Assembly (NCBI RefSeq): GCF_036373705.1
Contig: NC_089855.1
Span: forward strand, 18,021,962-18,085,961
Direction of reading: 5' to 3'
Origin: Amia ocellicauda
Taxonomy: Eukaryota
DNA length: 64,000 bases
Positions 52,243 through 63,486 of this stretch are shown one piece after another. Numbering within the stretch: position 1 is the stretch's first letter; every line of letters starts with the position of its first letter. The position numbers and the translations under genes were made by a program. Below the pieces are notes generated by a model. That model was not told the DNA's origin. It made no database searches and worked only from the letters and a program-made list of their open reading frames with translations.

Positions 52243-52411
52243 AAGAGGAATGTTAGTGGGAGAAGTGGCTAGTATCGAACAGTATTTCTCCATCAGTAAA
52301 CAAGCAATCAACGAAGTGGAAGAGAAGAAAAAGGATTTGGAAATGGCTATTTTGAAAGGGAAGCAAGTCAAACAATTTCCTGTCCTTGAAAGCTACTGTA
52401 ATTTGGATCAG
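52243..52411 (+). CDS. rnf17: rnf17 exon 7 (RRGMLVGEVASIEQYFSISKQAINEVEEKKKDLEMAILKGKQVKQFPVLESYCNLDQ)
   Basis: Acceptor tttctgcag|, donor cag|gtatgg. ESYCNLDQ matches human TYCDLNQ. Confidence 0.75.
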
Positions 52412-52775
52412 GTATGGTATGGTTCAAATGAAAACCACTGAGTAGTTTCATTTGGTGTGTGTGTTTGCTTCTCTGTAAGTTTCTGGAGACTGGCCAGGCT
52501 CCAGTGCAAAATGCCCCAGGACTGCATGTTATAGGTGGTAGGACAGGCTTGTGTCCTGTTGTCTCACCTAAGTAGAGCTATGCTTCTCTGCACCAGGGGC
52601 CACTCTTATCATTCGTCTTGTTCCTCTATTCTGCTGATAAATAAATGGATGAAACTTACCTGCATACCAAATGGGCTTTCTCATCGTAAAATTTGAAGAT
52701 ATTTTTGGTGGTTAGAAATGTTGTTTGTATTTTTAATTTAATTGTTATTGTTCTCTCTACATTTGATTTGTGAAG

Positions 52776-52852
52776 GTGCTAAAGACACTGCAATCCCCGG
52801 TAGAGAAAGAGATGGCTTCTTTATCCAGTCTGATGTTGGGATCTGGGCTCAG
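52776..52852 (+). CDS. rnf17: rnf17 exon 8 (VLKTLQSPVEKEMASLSSLMLGSGL)
   Basis: Acceptor tgaag|, donor tcag|gtagga. VLKTLQS continues the human match IIRTLQL. Confidence 0.65.
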
Positions 52853-53210
52853 GTAGGAGGATGTAAATGTAAATCACTTAGTCTTTGCAAGGATCTGTTT
52901 TTCAGCTGGAGAAGCCTGTGTTTGTTGTTTGTTTTATCATATTATAGTGTGGTACAATGAGCAGTCCAAAAGCTGTGTTTTGGGGTGTATGATTCATAGT
53001 TGGTAAGGATGTTATTCCTTTGAAGTAATTATGGACAATCTTAAAAGTTGGGCATCATACCAAATGAGTGACCACTTTTGTCTCACAAAGGTGATGTATT
53101 CATCTTGCATAATCACAACTTTGTATTTCATTACTTTTAATTTACATTTTATTTACTGCAGAAAGATGTATGATTGTCAGTGATCCCCACTAAGTCTTAT
53201 TTTTGAACAG

Positions 53211-53285
53211 CTGCAGTCTCCAGTTTGATGAGTTTATTCAGAGTTTAAAGAGCTGCATGAAGATTACACACGGAACCCCCAAACT
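53211..53285 (+). CDS. rnf17: rnf17 exon 9 (SCSLQFDEFIQSLKSCMKITHGTPKL)
   Basis: Acceptor tttgaacag|, consensus donor aaact|gtgagt, phase-consistent. Confidence 0.6.
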
Positions 53286-53473
53286 GTGAGTCCACTTAGT
53301 GCTGTTTCTTTTTATATGCTCATATGCGCCCTCTGTGCAGAGGCCAACATTAGTGCTTCAGCGAATGTTCAATTGCCTGCAGCCATGCAATGGTGTATTG
53401 TTTGCATTCCAGGGCAGACCCTACTCTCTTTTGCCTGGCTTAGTTTGTACTATGTTCCATGACCTTTTTTTAG

Positions 53474-53697
53474 CCTCGTCCCTGAGGAATCTGTACAGGG
53501 CAGCACACTTCAACAGGTGCCTGAGAAAAAGCGATGTAGGAGCAGTTCGTCCCAGGAGAAATCATCTTGTAATTCCCCTGAGAGCAGGAAGGAAGTGCTT
53601 CCACAGCACCAGGAGATGATGATCCAGACTTGGGCTGAAGAGTTGCCCAGAATCCCGAATGTTATAATTGAAGAAATCATTGAGGATGCAGAACCAG
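53474..53697 (+). CDS. rnf17: rnf17 exon 10 (Ser-rich linker ending ...[19 protein letters not shown])
   Basis: Acceptor ctttttttag|. An open frame runs through ORF 53517-53717, with donor ccag|gtaatg. VIIEEIIED is identical to human RNF17 ([12 protein letters not shown]), which lies just N-terminal of the first Tudor domain. Confidence 0.75.
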
Positions 53698-53819
53698 GTA
53701 ATGCTTTTAAAGAATGACCATTCCATCCTGCATAAATGACTCTTACTTGGTTTTGATGTCTGTATTGTCTGCAAGATCCCTGAATTGTAATTGGTTTCAG
53801 ATGCCCACTCTGTTTACAG

Positions 53820-53912
53820 GAACTGACATGAAGCTTCAAAAAGACAGAGCAATCATGCAAAACAAATACAAGAAGGTTTCTGCAGTGTGTGCCCCTCTCC
53901 CATCAAAAAAAG
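53820..53912 (+). CDS. rnf17: rnf17 candidate exon 11 (GTDMKLQKDRAIMQNKYKKVSAVCAPLPSKK), possibly a cassette exon
   Basis: Good acceptor tgtttacag| and donor aaaag|gtaaac, phase 1 in and phase 1 out. Skipping it would keep the frame. There is no counterpart in the human protein, so it is uncertain. Confidence 0.4.
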
Positions 53913-54328
53913 GTAAACCATAATTAGATGTGTGAACGAGCCCTAGACTTGTTTTCGGCAACACCATCCCATTTCCTTGTACACCCGCCTTGTACTTCTG
54001 CATTGGCCAATCATACACATGCAAAGCAAAGACACGGGTGTCTCTGATCTTTGATCTGCACAAATCACATGGCTTAACCCACCCCACAGTATTGCTGTTG
54101 GGTGAAAAGTATCATATTAGGAGAAGCCAGCGACTTGTGAGTGAAAAATCACATTATGATCCAATCTGCAATTGTATTGGTTTGTTGGCCAGTTTGTGAT
54201 GAGCGGATCAATATTTAACCGGTTCCCTTATAAATATGGACCGGATTGGGGAATTTGAATCAGTGCAGTTTTATCTCAAACAGCTGGATTGGTGTATTGA
54301 TTCGAATTGGTGAATTGTTACACCCCGA

Positions 54329-54374
<46 letters not shown>

Positions 54375-54427
54375 ATGTATATATATATGTATGTATATGT
54401 ATATATATATATATATATGTATGTATA

Positions 54428-54463
<36 letters not shown>

Positions 54464-54587
54464 TATGTATATATATATATATATGTATGTATATGTATAT
54501 ATATATATATATGTATGTATATGTATATATATATATATATGTATGTATGTATGTATATGTATATATATGTATATATGTATGTATATG

Positions 54588-54658
<71 letters not shown>

Positions 54659-54683
54659 GTGTATGTATATATATATATGTATA
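54329..54683. repeat. about 355 bp compound (TA)n/(TG)n/(TATG)n microsatellite immediately 5' of Tc1-like copy C
   Basis: Read directly. It generates the spurious YIYIY / CVCVC ORFs at 54246-54743. Confidence 0.95.
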
Positions 54684-55904
54684 TACTCACCTAAAGGATT
54701 ATTAGGAACACCTGTTCAATTTCTCATTAATGCAATTATCTAACCAACCAATCACATGGCAGTTGCTTCAATGCATTTAGGGGTGTGGTCCTGGTCAAGA
54801 CAATCTCCTGAACTCCAAACTGAATGTCTGAATGGGAAAGAAAGGTGATTTAAGCAATTTTGAGCGTGGCATGGTTGTTGGTGCCACACGGGCCGGTCTG
54901 AGTATTTCACAATCTGCTCAGTTACTGGGATTTTCACGCACAACCATTTCTAGGGTTTACAAAGAATGGTGTGAAAAGGGAAAAACATCCAGTATTCGGC
55001 AGTCCTGTGGGCGAAAATGCCTTGTTGATGCTAGAGGTCAGAGGAGAATGGGCCGACTGATTCAAGCTGATAGAAGAGCAACTTTGACTGAAATAACCAC
55101 TCGTTACAACCGAGGTATGCAGCAAAGCATTTGTGAAGCCACAACACATACAACCTTGAGGCGGATGGGCTACAACAGCAGAAGACCCCACCGGGTACCA
55201 CTCATCTCCACTACAAATAGGAAAAAGAGGCTACAATTTGCACAAGCTCACCAAAATTGGACAGTTGAAGACTGGAAAAATGTTGCCTGGTCTGATGAGT
55301 CTCGATTTCTGTTGAGACATTCAGATGGTAGAGTCAGAATTTGACGTAAACAGAATGAGAACATGGATCCATCATGCCTTGTTACCACTGTGCAGGCTGG
55401 TGGTGGTGGTGTAATGGTGTGGGGGATGTTTTCTTGGCACACTTTAGGCCCCTTAGTGCCAATTGGGCATCGTTTAAATGCCACGGCCTACCTGAGCATT
55501 GTTTCTGACCATGTCCATCCCTTTATGACCACCATGTACCCATCCTCTGATGGCTACTTCCAGCAGGATAATGCACCATGTCACAAAGGTCGAATCATTT
55601 CAAATTGGTTTCTTGAACATGACAATGAGTTCACTGTACTAAACTGGCCCCCACAGTCACCAGATCTCAACCCAATAGAGCATCTTTGGGATGTGGTGGA
55701 ATGGGAGCTTCGTGCCCTGGATGTGCATCCCACAAATCTCCATCAACTGCAAGATGCTATCCTATCAATATGGGCCAACATTTCTAAAGAATGCTTTCAG
55801 CACCTTGTTGAATCAATGCCACGTAGAATTAAGGCAGTTCTGAAGGCGAAAGGGGGTCAAACACAGTATTAGTATGGTGTTCCTAATAATCCTTTAGGTG
55901 AGTG

Positions 55905-55905
<1 letters not shown>
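54684..55905 (+). mobile_element. Tc1-like (second family) copy C in rnf17 intron 11, sense orientation, flanked on both sides by (TA)n; transposase inactivated by one nonsense mutation
   Basis: TIR (t)actcacctaaaggattattaggaacacc at the 5' end and ggtgttcctaataatcctttaggtgagtgt at the 3' end. ORFs 54832-55344 and 55363-55872 are separated by a TGA at 55345 (RI*, versus RIW in copy A). A few missense differences otherwise. Confidence 0.85.
54832..55872 (+). pseudogene. Tc1-family transposase with a premature stop (TGG to TGA at 55345)
   Basis: Compared with the intact ORF at 33995-35035 it has the same length and frame, one nonsense change and a few missense changes. Confidence 0.8.
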
Positions 55906-55979
<74 letters not shown>

Positions 55980-55992
55980 TTTTTTTTTTTTT
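55906..55992. repeat. (TA)n followed by (T)n, 3' flank of copy C
   Basis: Read directly. Confidence 0.95.
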
Positions 55993-56059
55993 CATGTTCC
56001 TGATACAGAAAAAAGCTTTAAATAGAGCTTTTAATTATAGTAATTTTATTAACTTTTAG

Positions 56060-56221
56060 TTTTCCAGGAGTGGGTGTTCGTTACCCATGTGGTAAACCCA
56101 AACCATTTCTACATAAGAAGACTTTCAGAGAGCAAGGCTGCAGCTGTGCTGACCAGAAGGATCAATTTGTTTTGTAATGGGGAGAGAAATATTTTTAATC
56201 CTAGTGATGTTCTGGAATTAG
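56060..56221 (+). CDS. rnf17: rnf17 exon 12 (start of Tudor domain 1: [54 protein letters not shown])
   Basis: Acceptor ttttag|, donor tta g|gtgagt. Matches human [50 protein letters not shown]. Confidence 0.85.
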
Positions 56222-56449
56222 GTGAGTGCCAGTTACTGGATAAATGTTGTATTTGTATTAAATTAGTGAGTGACACATTTTTCTTTTCATCCTAACCAGC
56301 AGATAAATACTTGTTCTTTATAACATCTGTAAGATAATTTTAGGCTTGAATTAATCCCTCACAAATAAACCTTTTTGTATATGTTTTTGGAAAAGGTAGA
56401 AATTAGAGATTTGTGTGTGCTGTATAGCTGAGTGTCTTCTACATGACAG

Positions 56450-56624
56450 GTTCTACAATCTTTGTGAAATGGAAAGAAAACATGTGGTGCAGAGCAACCA
56501 TAATGGAACTTTTCCAAGAGTGCAAGGAACCCCGGGCTGTACCAAGGTGTACCATGGCAGAGGTTTCTGACCTCAAAGTCTTTTTTGTTGATTTTGGCTT
56601 CAGCAAAAGGATACCTCCTGCAAG
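56450..56624 (+). CDS. rnf17: rnf17 exon 13 (Tudor 1 core: GSTIFVKWKENMWCRATIMEL...VFFVDFGFSKRIPPA)
   Basis: Acceptor catgacag|, donor caag|gtattc. Matches human [21 protein letters not shown]...IFMVDFGNSEV. Confidence 0.85.
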
Positions 56625-56944
56625 GTATTCAAAAAAGCATTTTGACATTTAAGTTGGTGGTAAATTGACAATTAATATCTGGTCAAAGCTATATCCTCAT
56701 ATTGAACCCAAAGAGCAGGATGGAACCAGACTGCTTTGTGTTTGGTGTTAAGGTGCTGTGACAGTGTTTGTTTCTTAAGTTGTCTGTCAGATAAAAGCTT
56801 TTTCATTTTAAAATGCATCTACTTCCCAGAGAAAATTATAGCTTTGTGGTGATGCTGGTTTAAGATATTCCAAAATGTTGAGTCCCAATTCAAAACATAA
56901 ATATAATTAAGAGAATTCATTTTTTTGTTTGTTTACATGTATAG

Positions 56945-57155
56945 ATCTGAAAACCATTCTGAAGCAGAAGACGGTCATGTTCTGGACTTTCAGTTGGACA
57001 TCAGTCAGTGCATTAGAAAACCTGACCTCGCAACTCGTGCTGAAATGAACAAATGGGCTTCATTGTCCATCAGATGTTCACTCAAGGACATTGTACCTGC
57101 AGACTTGGCAAGAGAATTTACTTTGACATGTCTCTTTTATAAGAAAATAATTGTA
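56945..57155 (+). CDS. rnf17: rnf17 exon 14 (Tudor 1 C-terminal part: [52 protein letters not shown]...); 3' boundary uncertain
   Basis: Acceptor tgtatag|. CSLKDIVP is identical to human RNF17. The next exon must be entered in phase 0. In-frame GT donors exist only at 57093 (gtacct, weak, and it would remove the conserved VP), 57153 (gtagta) and 57156 (gtaaag). I list the end at 57155. Confidence 0.45.
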
Positions 57156-57524
57156 GTAAAGGGGCTCCCCTCAATACTTTAATTATCTGTGCTTCTGTTC
57201 CCAGTCATTTGATTAAACTTTGTGGTTTTTGATCCATTTGTATTGTTTTGTGAATCAATTTTACATACTCTTGGCATATTAAAATGAGAGCTTCATAGAG
57301 CTAACGTGCAACTCGACTCCAAGCACAAAGCTCAGAGTACACAGAGTAGTGATGGTAATTTGGTCTTGTGCAAGACACAAGATACGCTACAGAAGCTCAT
57401 GCAGAAAACTCGTAGTTGTGCCATGGGTGTAAAAACATTGCAACAAAAATGGACCCCTGTGTGTTGCTTTTTGATTTTGCAGAGCTGTGTAGAGGAGGAT
57501 CTCTCGGTAACAATAGCTGTTCAT

Positions 57525-57545
57525 TTTTTTTTTTTTTTTTTTTTT
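57525..57545. repeat. (T)21 homopolymer serving as the polypyrimidine tract of the exon 15 acceptor
   Basis: Read directly. The acceptor tgtcag| is at 57556. Confidence 0.9.
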
Positions 57546-57556
57546 CTTGATGTCAG

Positions 57557-57747
57557 GAGAACGGCTGGGGGCCAGAAGCTCAGACAGAATTTGTGCGTGT
57601 TGTGGGCAAGAATGCAGTTGAAATGAAAGTGTTTGGGGAGGATGGGGACACGTTGCTGGTGGATCTGAAGAAATCTCCAAGGGACAAGATGGCCACTGAC
57701 ATGCCAGTATCCCTCAGAGATCACCTGGTCTTTCTGGAGCTGGCAAG
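57557..57747 (+). CDS. rnf17: rnf17 exon 15 ([63 protein letters not shown])
   Basis: Acceptor ttgatgtcag|, donor gca ag|gtggga. Matches human [63 protein letters not shown]. Confidence 0.85.
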
Positions 57748-58101
57748 GTGGGACAGTTCAGACCATCACCACTTTATTATTATTATTATTTTTATTTCAT
57801 GGCAGATGCCCTTATCCAGGGCACAACATAAGTGCAATACAAAGTGCAAGAATACAGTTAAGTACAAGGCATCAAATATTACAAATTCAAATTAACATTA
57901 TACAAAGCAATTCAAAATATAATACATTTTACAACTTCCAATTTACACGGGTAAGTACAGTAAGTGAGGTCATACATCCTGGAAAGTAAAAGCTAAGTCC
58001 TGTCAAGGGCTATGGGAAAGGGAGCAAGGGGGAAATCAATCCCTTTCTATAAAAACCTCCATTAACTCCTTGTGTCCATTACCCATTCTTTCATTTTTAA
58101 G

Positions 58102-58252
58102 ATTTTACTCCCCAATTTCTTGGACTCCAAAGACATTGCCTTGTGGTAGAAAACCTCTGCCGTATTGCTCGCCACTGTATCCCGAGCTACTGGTTGACTT
58201 CAATGCAGTTGTGTGCCACATCAACAGTCCCTCAGACTTCTACATTCAGGTT
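58102..58252 (+). CDS. rnf17: rnf17 exon 16 (start of Tudor 2: ...ELLVDFNAVVCHINSPSDFYIQV)
   Basis: Acceptor tttttaag|, consensus donor gtt|gtaagt. Matches human VSVTVCHINSPGDFYLQL. Confidence 0.8.
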
Positions 58253-58611
58253 GTAAGTAGGGAAAAATGTGTATTCTAGGGTTTCACAATGTTTCTTTAA
58301 TTGTATTTCCAAACCGTAACAAAAGCATGTAGTATGTAATGTACTGAACTGAAGTTGCTTTAATTTAGTAGTGTGGCATTATGAGCCTAAAAATCTGAGA
58401 TTTAAAAAATAATTAAAACAAATGTGCCATCTACCAAATAATTAGTGTAAATATGGTAATTTTTACTATCTTTAAATTATTTTTCTACAATAGTGCTCCT
58501 TTTAATATTAAAGCTGATGCATTTTATAATGAACCCCTCTTTTTAAGGTGTTTTAAAGACTGACTGAGTTATTTAAAGCAGTCTTTACTTTTTGCACTGG
58601 TTTGAAAACAG

Positions 58612-58762
58612 GCAGACAAAATGGAGACCCTCATTCTAATGTCAAAACTTCAAGATTTCTACTCTCAAGGAGGACACGGATTAGAGATTAACAGCCCCTA
58701 TCTTGACCAGGCCTGCGTAGCTCTGTTTGAGGATAAGGTTTGGTACCGGGCACAGATAATTG
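58612..58762 (+). CDS. rnf17: rnf17 exon 17 (Tudor 2 core: ADKMETLILMSKLQDFYSQGGHGLEINSPYLDQACVALFEDKVWYRAQIIG)
   Basis: Acceptor gaaaacag|, donor att g|gtaagt. Matches human QACVAKFEDGIWYRAKVIG. Confidence 0.85.
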
Positions 58763-60321
58763 GTAAGTATATAACTGAAAAGTTGTTGTTCAAGCCCCTT
58801 CTTTCAAGCATGGTATATTTGACAACAGTGTTATGGAACAAAACAAAAACAAAACCCTTCTTTGTCATTTGAGAGATACAGCATTTTGAATGAGTTCAAA
58901 TGTTTCACTTAAACTGGTTGAAGTTGAGTGCTAAGTCAAAAAATGAGTCTTTACCATTAAAGAAAATCATTATCTAAGTTAAAACTGGGGTGTCATGATT
59001 TTTCACTTTTATAGTACTGGTGGTAGGTCAAAACAACAATTTGTATAGGTTTTAATGCGAAGTGTATTAAAAACGAGTCTGAAGTTGACACTCAAAGCTG
59101 TGGATAATTTATTCTCAACGTCACAACAGGACAAGCTCACAGTCTCTCAAACGGTTTTGCTGCATTAGCGCTAATGAAAACACGTTACCAAAAGATAACG
59201 CACCCAGGGGAGAGATACCATAGTAAATAGGTGTATAGTATATGGTTTCTCTAACACAACAGGGCCAGTGGTATCTCTCCATGGGTTTCCTAAGGAGCAG
59301 GTACTGTGCCGGCAGTGGGTGAAATTCGTGAAGAGAACCAGGATTGTGATGCTAAGCACAACAGCAGCTTCATCTGCAGCACCCACTTTTTTATAAGTTC
59401 AGTGATGTTCAAGATGGGTGCTGTACAAATAATTACAATAAAAAAAAAAAAGGATGCAGTACCATCAGTTTATCCAGATGGTACCTCCAACACCGCAGCA
59501 TCTTCCAGTAAAAATGGGTACTTGGACTCGATCGGCTGACAGTAAAAGAGGCGCAGAGTGTAAGGGCACGATACCAATACATTATTCTCTTATTATTTCG
59601 TGGAAATATGTATGATTTGGAGAATAATTTAAAGCTATGGCAATTTAATACAATATTATCAACGTAAACTACTTTAACGTATTAGTGTCTGCATATGAAC
59701 AAAGGAAATTATGATTAATACTAATGAAATACATAGAAAAGTAATGTATCCATTATTATTATAATTATACTATTGTTATACTATCGTTTGCCCTGCATGA
59801 TGATTAAGCACCATTATTCATGTCAGTGAAGGTATAGGTTAATTCCTCTCTGTTAAAGAGTCCTGGGATTGCAACAGTGCCCCTACAAATTAAAAGAAGA
59901 AAGAACAAAAAAGAATAGCACACGATCAAGGTTTGATGTTTCATTTAAGACCGTTAATTATCAGGAAACGGATATCCTTAAAGAAGAGCCTGACGTGGAG
60001 TCTTGATTTGTCATCCACATCAAAACTTTCACACGAAACATCCGAACCAGTAACATTGCATTGTGACGTCACGTACTCTCGCTCTTCCGGATAGAAGAGT
60101 TTTGTTTTTACAATTTGTTTTTTTCATCTTATAAGCAACAGAAGTGAATGAAACTTTCAGGACATTTAGAAATTAAAGGTACACCCATTTATGTATATAA
60201 AAAATTAAAAATGATGACACCCCAGCTTTAAACCATGTAGTGGGAGGACGAAGAACAATTTAAGGGGGGAAGAAATTCTTAAAGTTATAGCCAGTATGTG
60301 GCTTTGTACATTTTGTCACAG

Positions 60322-60437
60322 GTCTCCCTGGAAGCAGGACTGTGGAGGTCAGGTTTGTGGACTTTGGAAACCACATGACCCTGTCAGTGAACAACGTGCG
60401 AAAAATTAAAGATGAGTTCTTTGCTTTACCAGCAATG
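60322..60437 (+). CDS. rnf17: rnf17 exon 18 ([39 protein letters not shown])
   Basis: Acceptor tgtcacag|, donor atg|gtgagt. Matches human [39 protein letters not shown]. Confidence 0.85.
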
Positions 60438-60577
60438 GTGAGTTATTTACAACATAAAGAAAATAAAACTACATTGTTAAAATGTTACTTTAAATGTTCG
60501 CTGTTCTCACAAAAACTTCTCCCTCTGAAAAATGCGGATGCAAACAGACTTAGAGACGATTTTGAAGAGTTCCCTCT

Positions 60578-62343
60578 TTAGTAGAGATGCGCCGATCCGA
60601 TAATCTGTATTGGTATCGGTCCAATACAGGCCAAAAACACTGGATCGGATATCTGAAATAGATGTTGTAATCTGATACGATCCACCGACAAATCTAGCCT
60701 GAAACTTCGCCTTAAAGGGGAACTCCACCGAAAATCCATATTTTCTTGGGTTATTCTATAAGTAGAAACATATTATGTGGAGTGAGTTTTTCATGTCCAG
60801 CTCATTCTATGTACCAGAAATCAGAGATAGCGGCCCTAACTGGAGCTGCTTTCCTGAGAGTCAATGGGGGAAATCAGAAAAGTCACGAAAATCGTTAAAA
60901 AATAACATTTTATGCACGTTCGATTGGATCCATCACCCTATTTTTCCGAAAGGACCATCGGTTTGTAGTCATCAAAAAATCATAAAAGATTATTTTATTC
61001 CAGGCACCACCGTGTGGCTACAGCGCAGTATGAACTGTGACACGCATTCTCCAAAGAGCCTGCACTGCGCTGGAGCCGCACATCAGTCCCCTGAATAAAA
61101 TCTTGCAAAATAATAGCGACTTCAGGAAACCTCAGTCACATAGAGGGCATAACAGTCACATCACAGCAAGGTTCCTGCAGGTTAAGGATGTGGAAAAATA
61201 ATTACTTTTTAATTACTTTTCATAGTCTGAATTACTGACTTTTTAATGACCTGGATCAAAGGGTTTTAGGATTATGATAGTTGCATTGACAAATTCCATA
61301 TAAGCACAATCGGTGGAATTCTGCAGATCTGCGCATGTCTGCGGAAATCTGCACTACAAGAACGCGACCAATGACTTCCTCACAGAGACGAAAACACTTT
61401 TAAGTGTATAATATGTGCAGTGCAATTAAACTACCACACATCTACAGCTGGTATGTTAACCCACCTAAAAGCTGAACACCCTTGTGCGAAACTAGCAATG
61501 ACAGAAAAGGGAAGAGGATCAACAAACAAATTAATATTATTAAGCTACATACACACAGCCAGGTATTGCCATTTATTTTGTATTGACTGGAACTCGAGCG
61601 CACAGGTATGTTTCCAAATGTAGACCTGCAGTCTGTGTTGAGTGTGGTTTGGAAACGTGGAAAAGTAAATTATTTAGTTAAGTAGATTTGTATAAATTAG
61701 TTACATAAATAGTCTAATACATTTTGTATTTCGCTGTTATGACCAGAAAACATTGCCTCAAGGACACTAATGTTAAGGCATTTTCGGTGCAGCTCACATT
61801 GCTAAACTATTAGGCTATTGAATGAAAAATAAATTGAAACAAATTGAAGATCTTAAAGTGAAAACTTAAATGTATGACTTAGGACTAACACTGGAGATGC
61901 TATTTACGTTAATATTGAGTTACATTCTACATTGAAAAGTCTTTTTTTTTTTTTTACTGGAAATGCTTTTATTTTTAGATGTGTATATATTGAGGTTTGA
62001 GTTATTTATATTGTCATCTTTTAATCCAGTGTATGACACTAGAATTATATATTGTGTTAACTAAATGTTGCGATTTGAATTTTGCACAATTGTACTTTCA
62101 GTGATAGTATTTATTTTTAATGTTTAAATACTGCTTAAAAATATATATTTTTTCATTTACAAGTCTCACTAAATAAAAGGAAGCAGCATTATTGCATAAG
62201 TTGTGTTGTTGTGGGCTTTGTACTTTTTCCTTTAGGGAAATAGATAATTTGTTTCACATTGCATCCATACATATGGCATATTAACAGCTTAGTAGTAAAA
62301 TCGGTATCGGAAAAGAAAAAGTGGTATCGAGCCATCCCTACTC
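60578..62343. mobile_element. candidate non-autonomous DNA transposon remnant (hAT-like?) in rnf17 intron 18; boundaries tentative
   Basis: The ends have similar inverted motifs (tagtagagatgcgccgat at 60580 versus the reverse complement of ggtatcgagccatccctactcc at 62320). There are subterminal repeats of ggtatcgg / ccgata-type motifs. ORF 61420-61623 and its upstream frame encode a C-x2-C...H-x3-H segment (FKCIICAVQLNYHTSTAGMLTHLKAEHP) resembling a BED-type zinc finger of hAT transposases. Confidence 0.25.
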
Positions 62344-62617
62344 CTTAGACCTACAGCTTTAACATACATTCTCTGTGACGTCTATTGCATATATTACCCA
62401 CACAACTGCATTTTCCGAGCATCTTTGGTCATTGTTGGATTCACTTTTCCCATCCAGAATTCCTCAGGGAATGTACTATTAGTGCTATTAAATAGTTTTC
62501 TCTTTTTGTCAGCTTTGCCAGATTGCTTTAGAATGTCCTGTTTGTCAACATGCATTGTTTTACCAGGACCTTTCCAGGTTTCTAGTCCATATTTTAACTT
62601 CCTGATTTTCCTTAAAG

Positions 62618-62738
62618 GCAATCCAGTGCAGTCTTGTGGACGTTAAGCCTTTAAGAAGTGCAGATACTTGGTGTGAAGAATCTATCAAGAAATTCAGTGA
62701 AATGACTGGTGAGAAGTTAGTTACTGCAATGGCAACAG
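62618..62738 (+). CDS. rnf17: rnf17 exon 19 (AIQCSLVDVKPLRSADTWCEESIKKFSEMTGEKLVTAMAT)
   Basis: Acceptor ccttaaag|, donor aca g|gtgagt. Matches the human Tudor tail motif [21 protein letters not shown]... / [25 protein letters not shown]. Confidence 0.75.
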
Positions 62739-62983
62739 GTGAGTTCTACAAGCTTTTTGATGCTTTTAAAGTCCTATTTGAAGATGTTCTGATAGACAGA
62801 ATGTGTCTGAGCAATTTAAGTAATCATGAAAAAAAATGTTCATTTTACTTAAACCTACAGCAAATGCACCAATATACATGTCTGCTTAGAAATTATGTAA
62901 TATGCTGTTGATCTAGAATAATTAATGGAGGTTGATTTTTATTTGTCAAGTTCAGATTTCTAAAAATATGTATTTTCTTTCAG

Positions 62984-63101
62984 GTGTTGCAACTAGAAAA
63001 AATATTCTGTTAGTCAAGTTGTTTGAAACAAGTGAGACCTCTGACAAAACCAATATCAGTGAAGTTCTAGTAAAGGAAAAACTGGCTCGTTTCAGGAAAG
63101 G
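62984..63101 (+). CDS. rnf17: rnf17 exon 20 (GVATRKNILLVKLFETSETSDKTNISEVLVKEKLARFRK)
   Basis: Acceptor ttctttcag|, consensus donor g|gtaagt. Comparable to human [33 protein letters not shown]. Confidence 0.7.
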
Positions 63102-63486
63102 GTAAGTAACGGTTGTGTCACTACAGTTTTCTTTTCCATAAGTCAGCCCAGGCTTCTGTCTATAACAGGGAGATGGTGAATGAACAATGTCACAATGTCA
63201 TACTCTTGTGAACATGCCACAAAAGGGACTTTTGTAGCTTGCATGCCTGTTTTATTTAATGTGTGCATTTCAGTTAATTCCAGTATATGTTTGTAGTTTG
63301 CTTGATTGTGTTATTCAAGAAGTGGAAATCAGTTTCAAAAGTATTCGTGTTCAAGAATGGTATTCGAATGATTTGCATGGATCTTCCATTCAAATTTGAC
63401 AAAGGGTCTCTTGCTTTGAAATAAATGTGCATACAAATGTAATAAACTCAAAAAAACCAGTAGAGCCGTTAACCTTTTTTGTTAAG

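Noticed and set aside
54246-54743. Several 110-165 aa ORFs on both strands translating as [10 protein letters not shown] / CVCVCV
   Set aside because: They are artefacts of translating the (TA)n/(TG)n compound microsatellite, with no complexity and no start or stop context.
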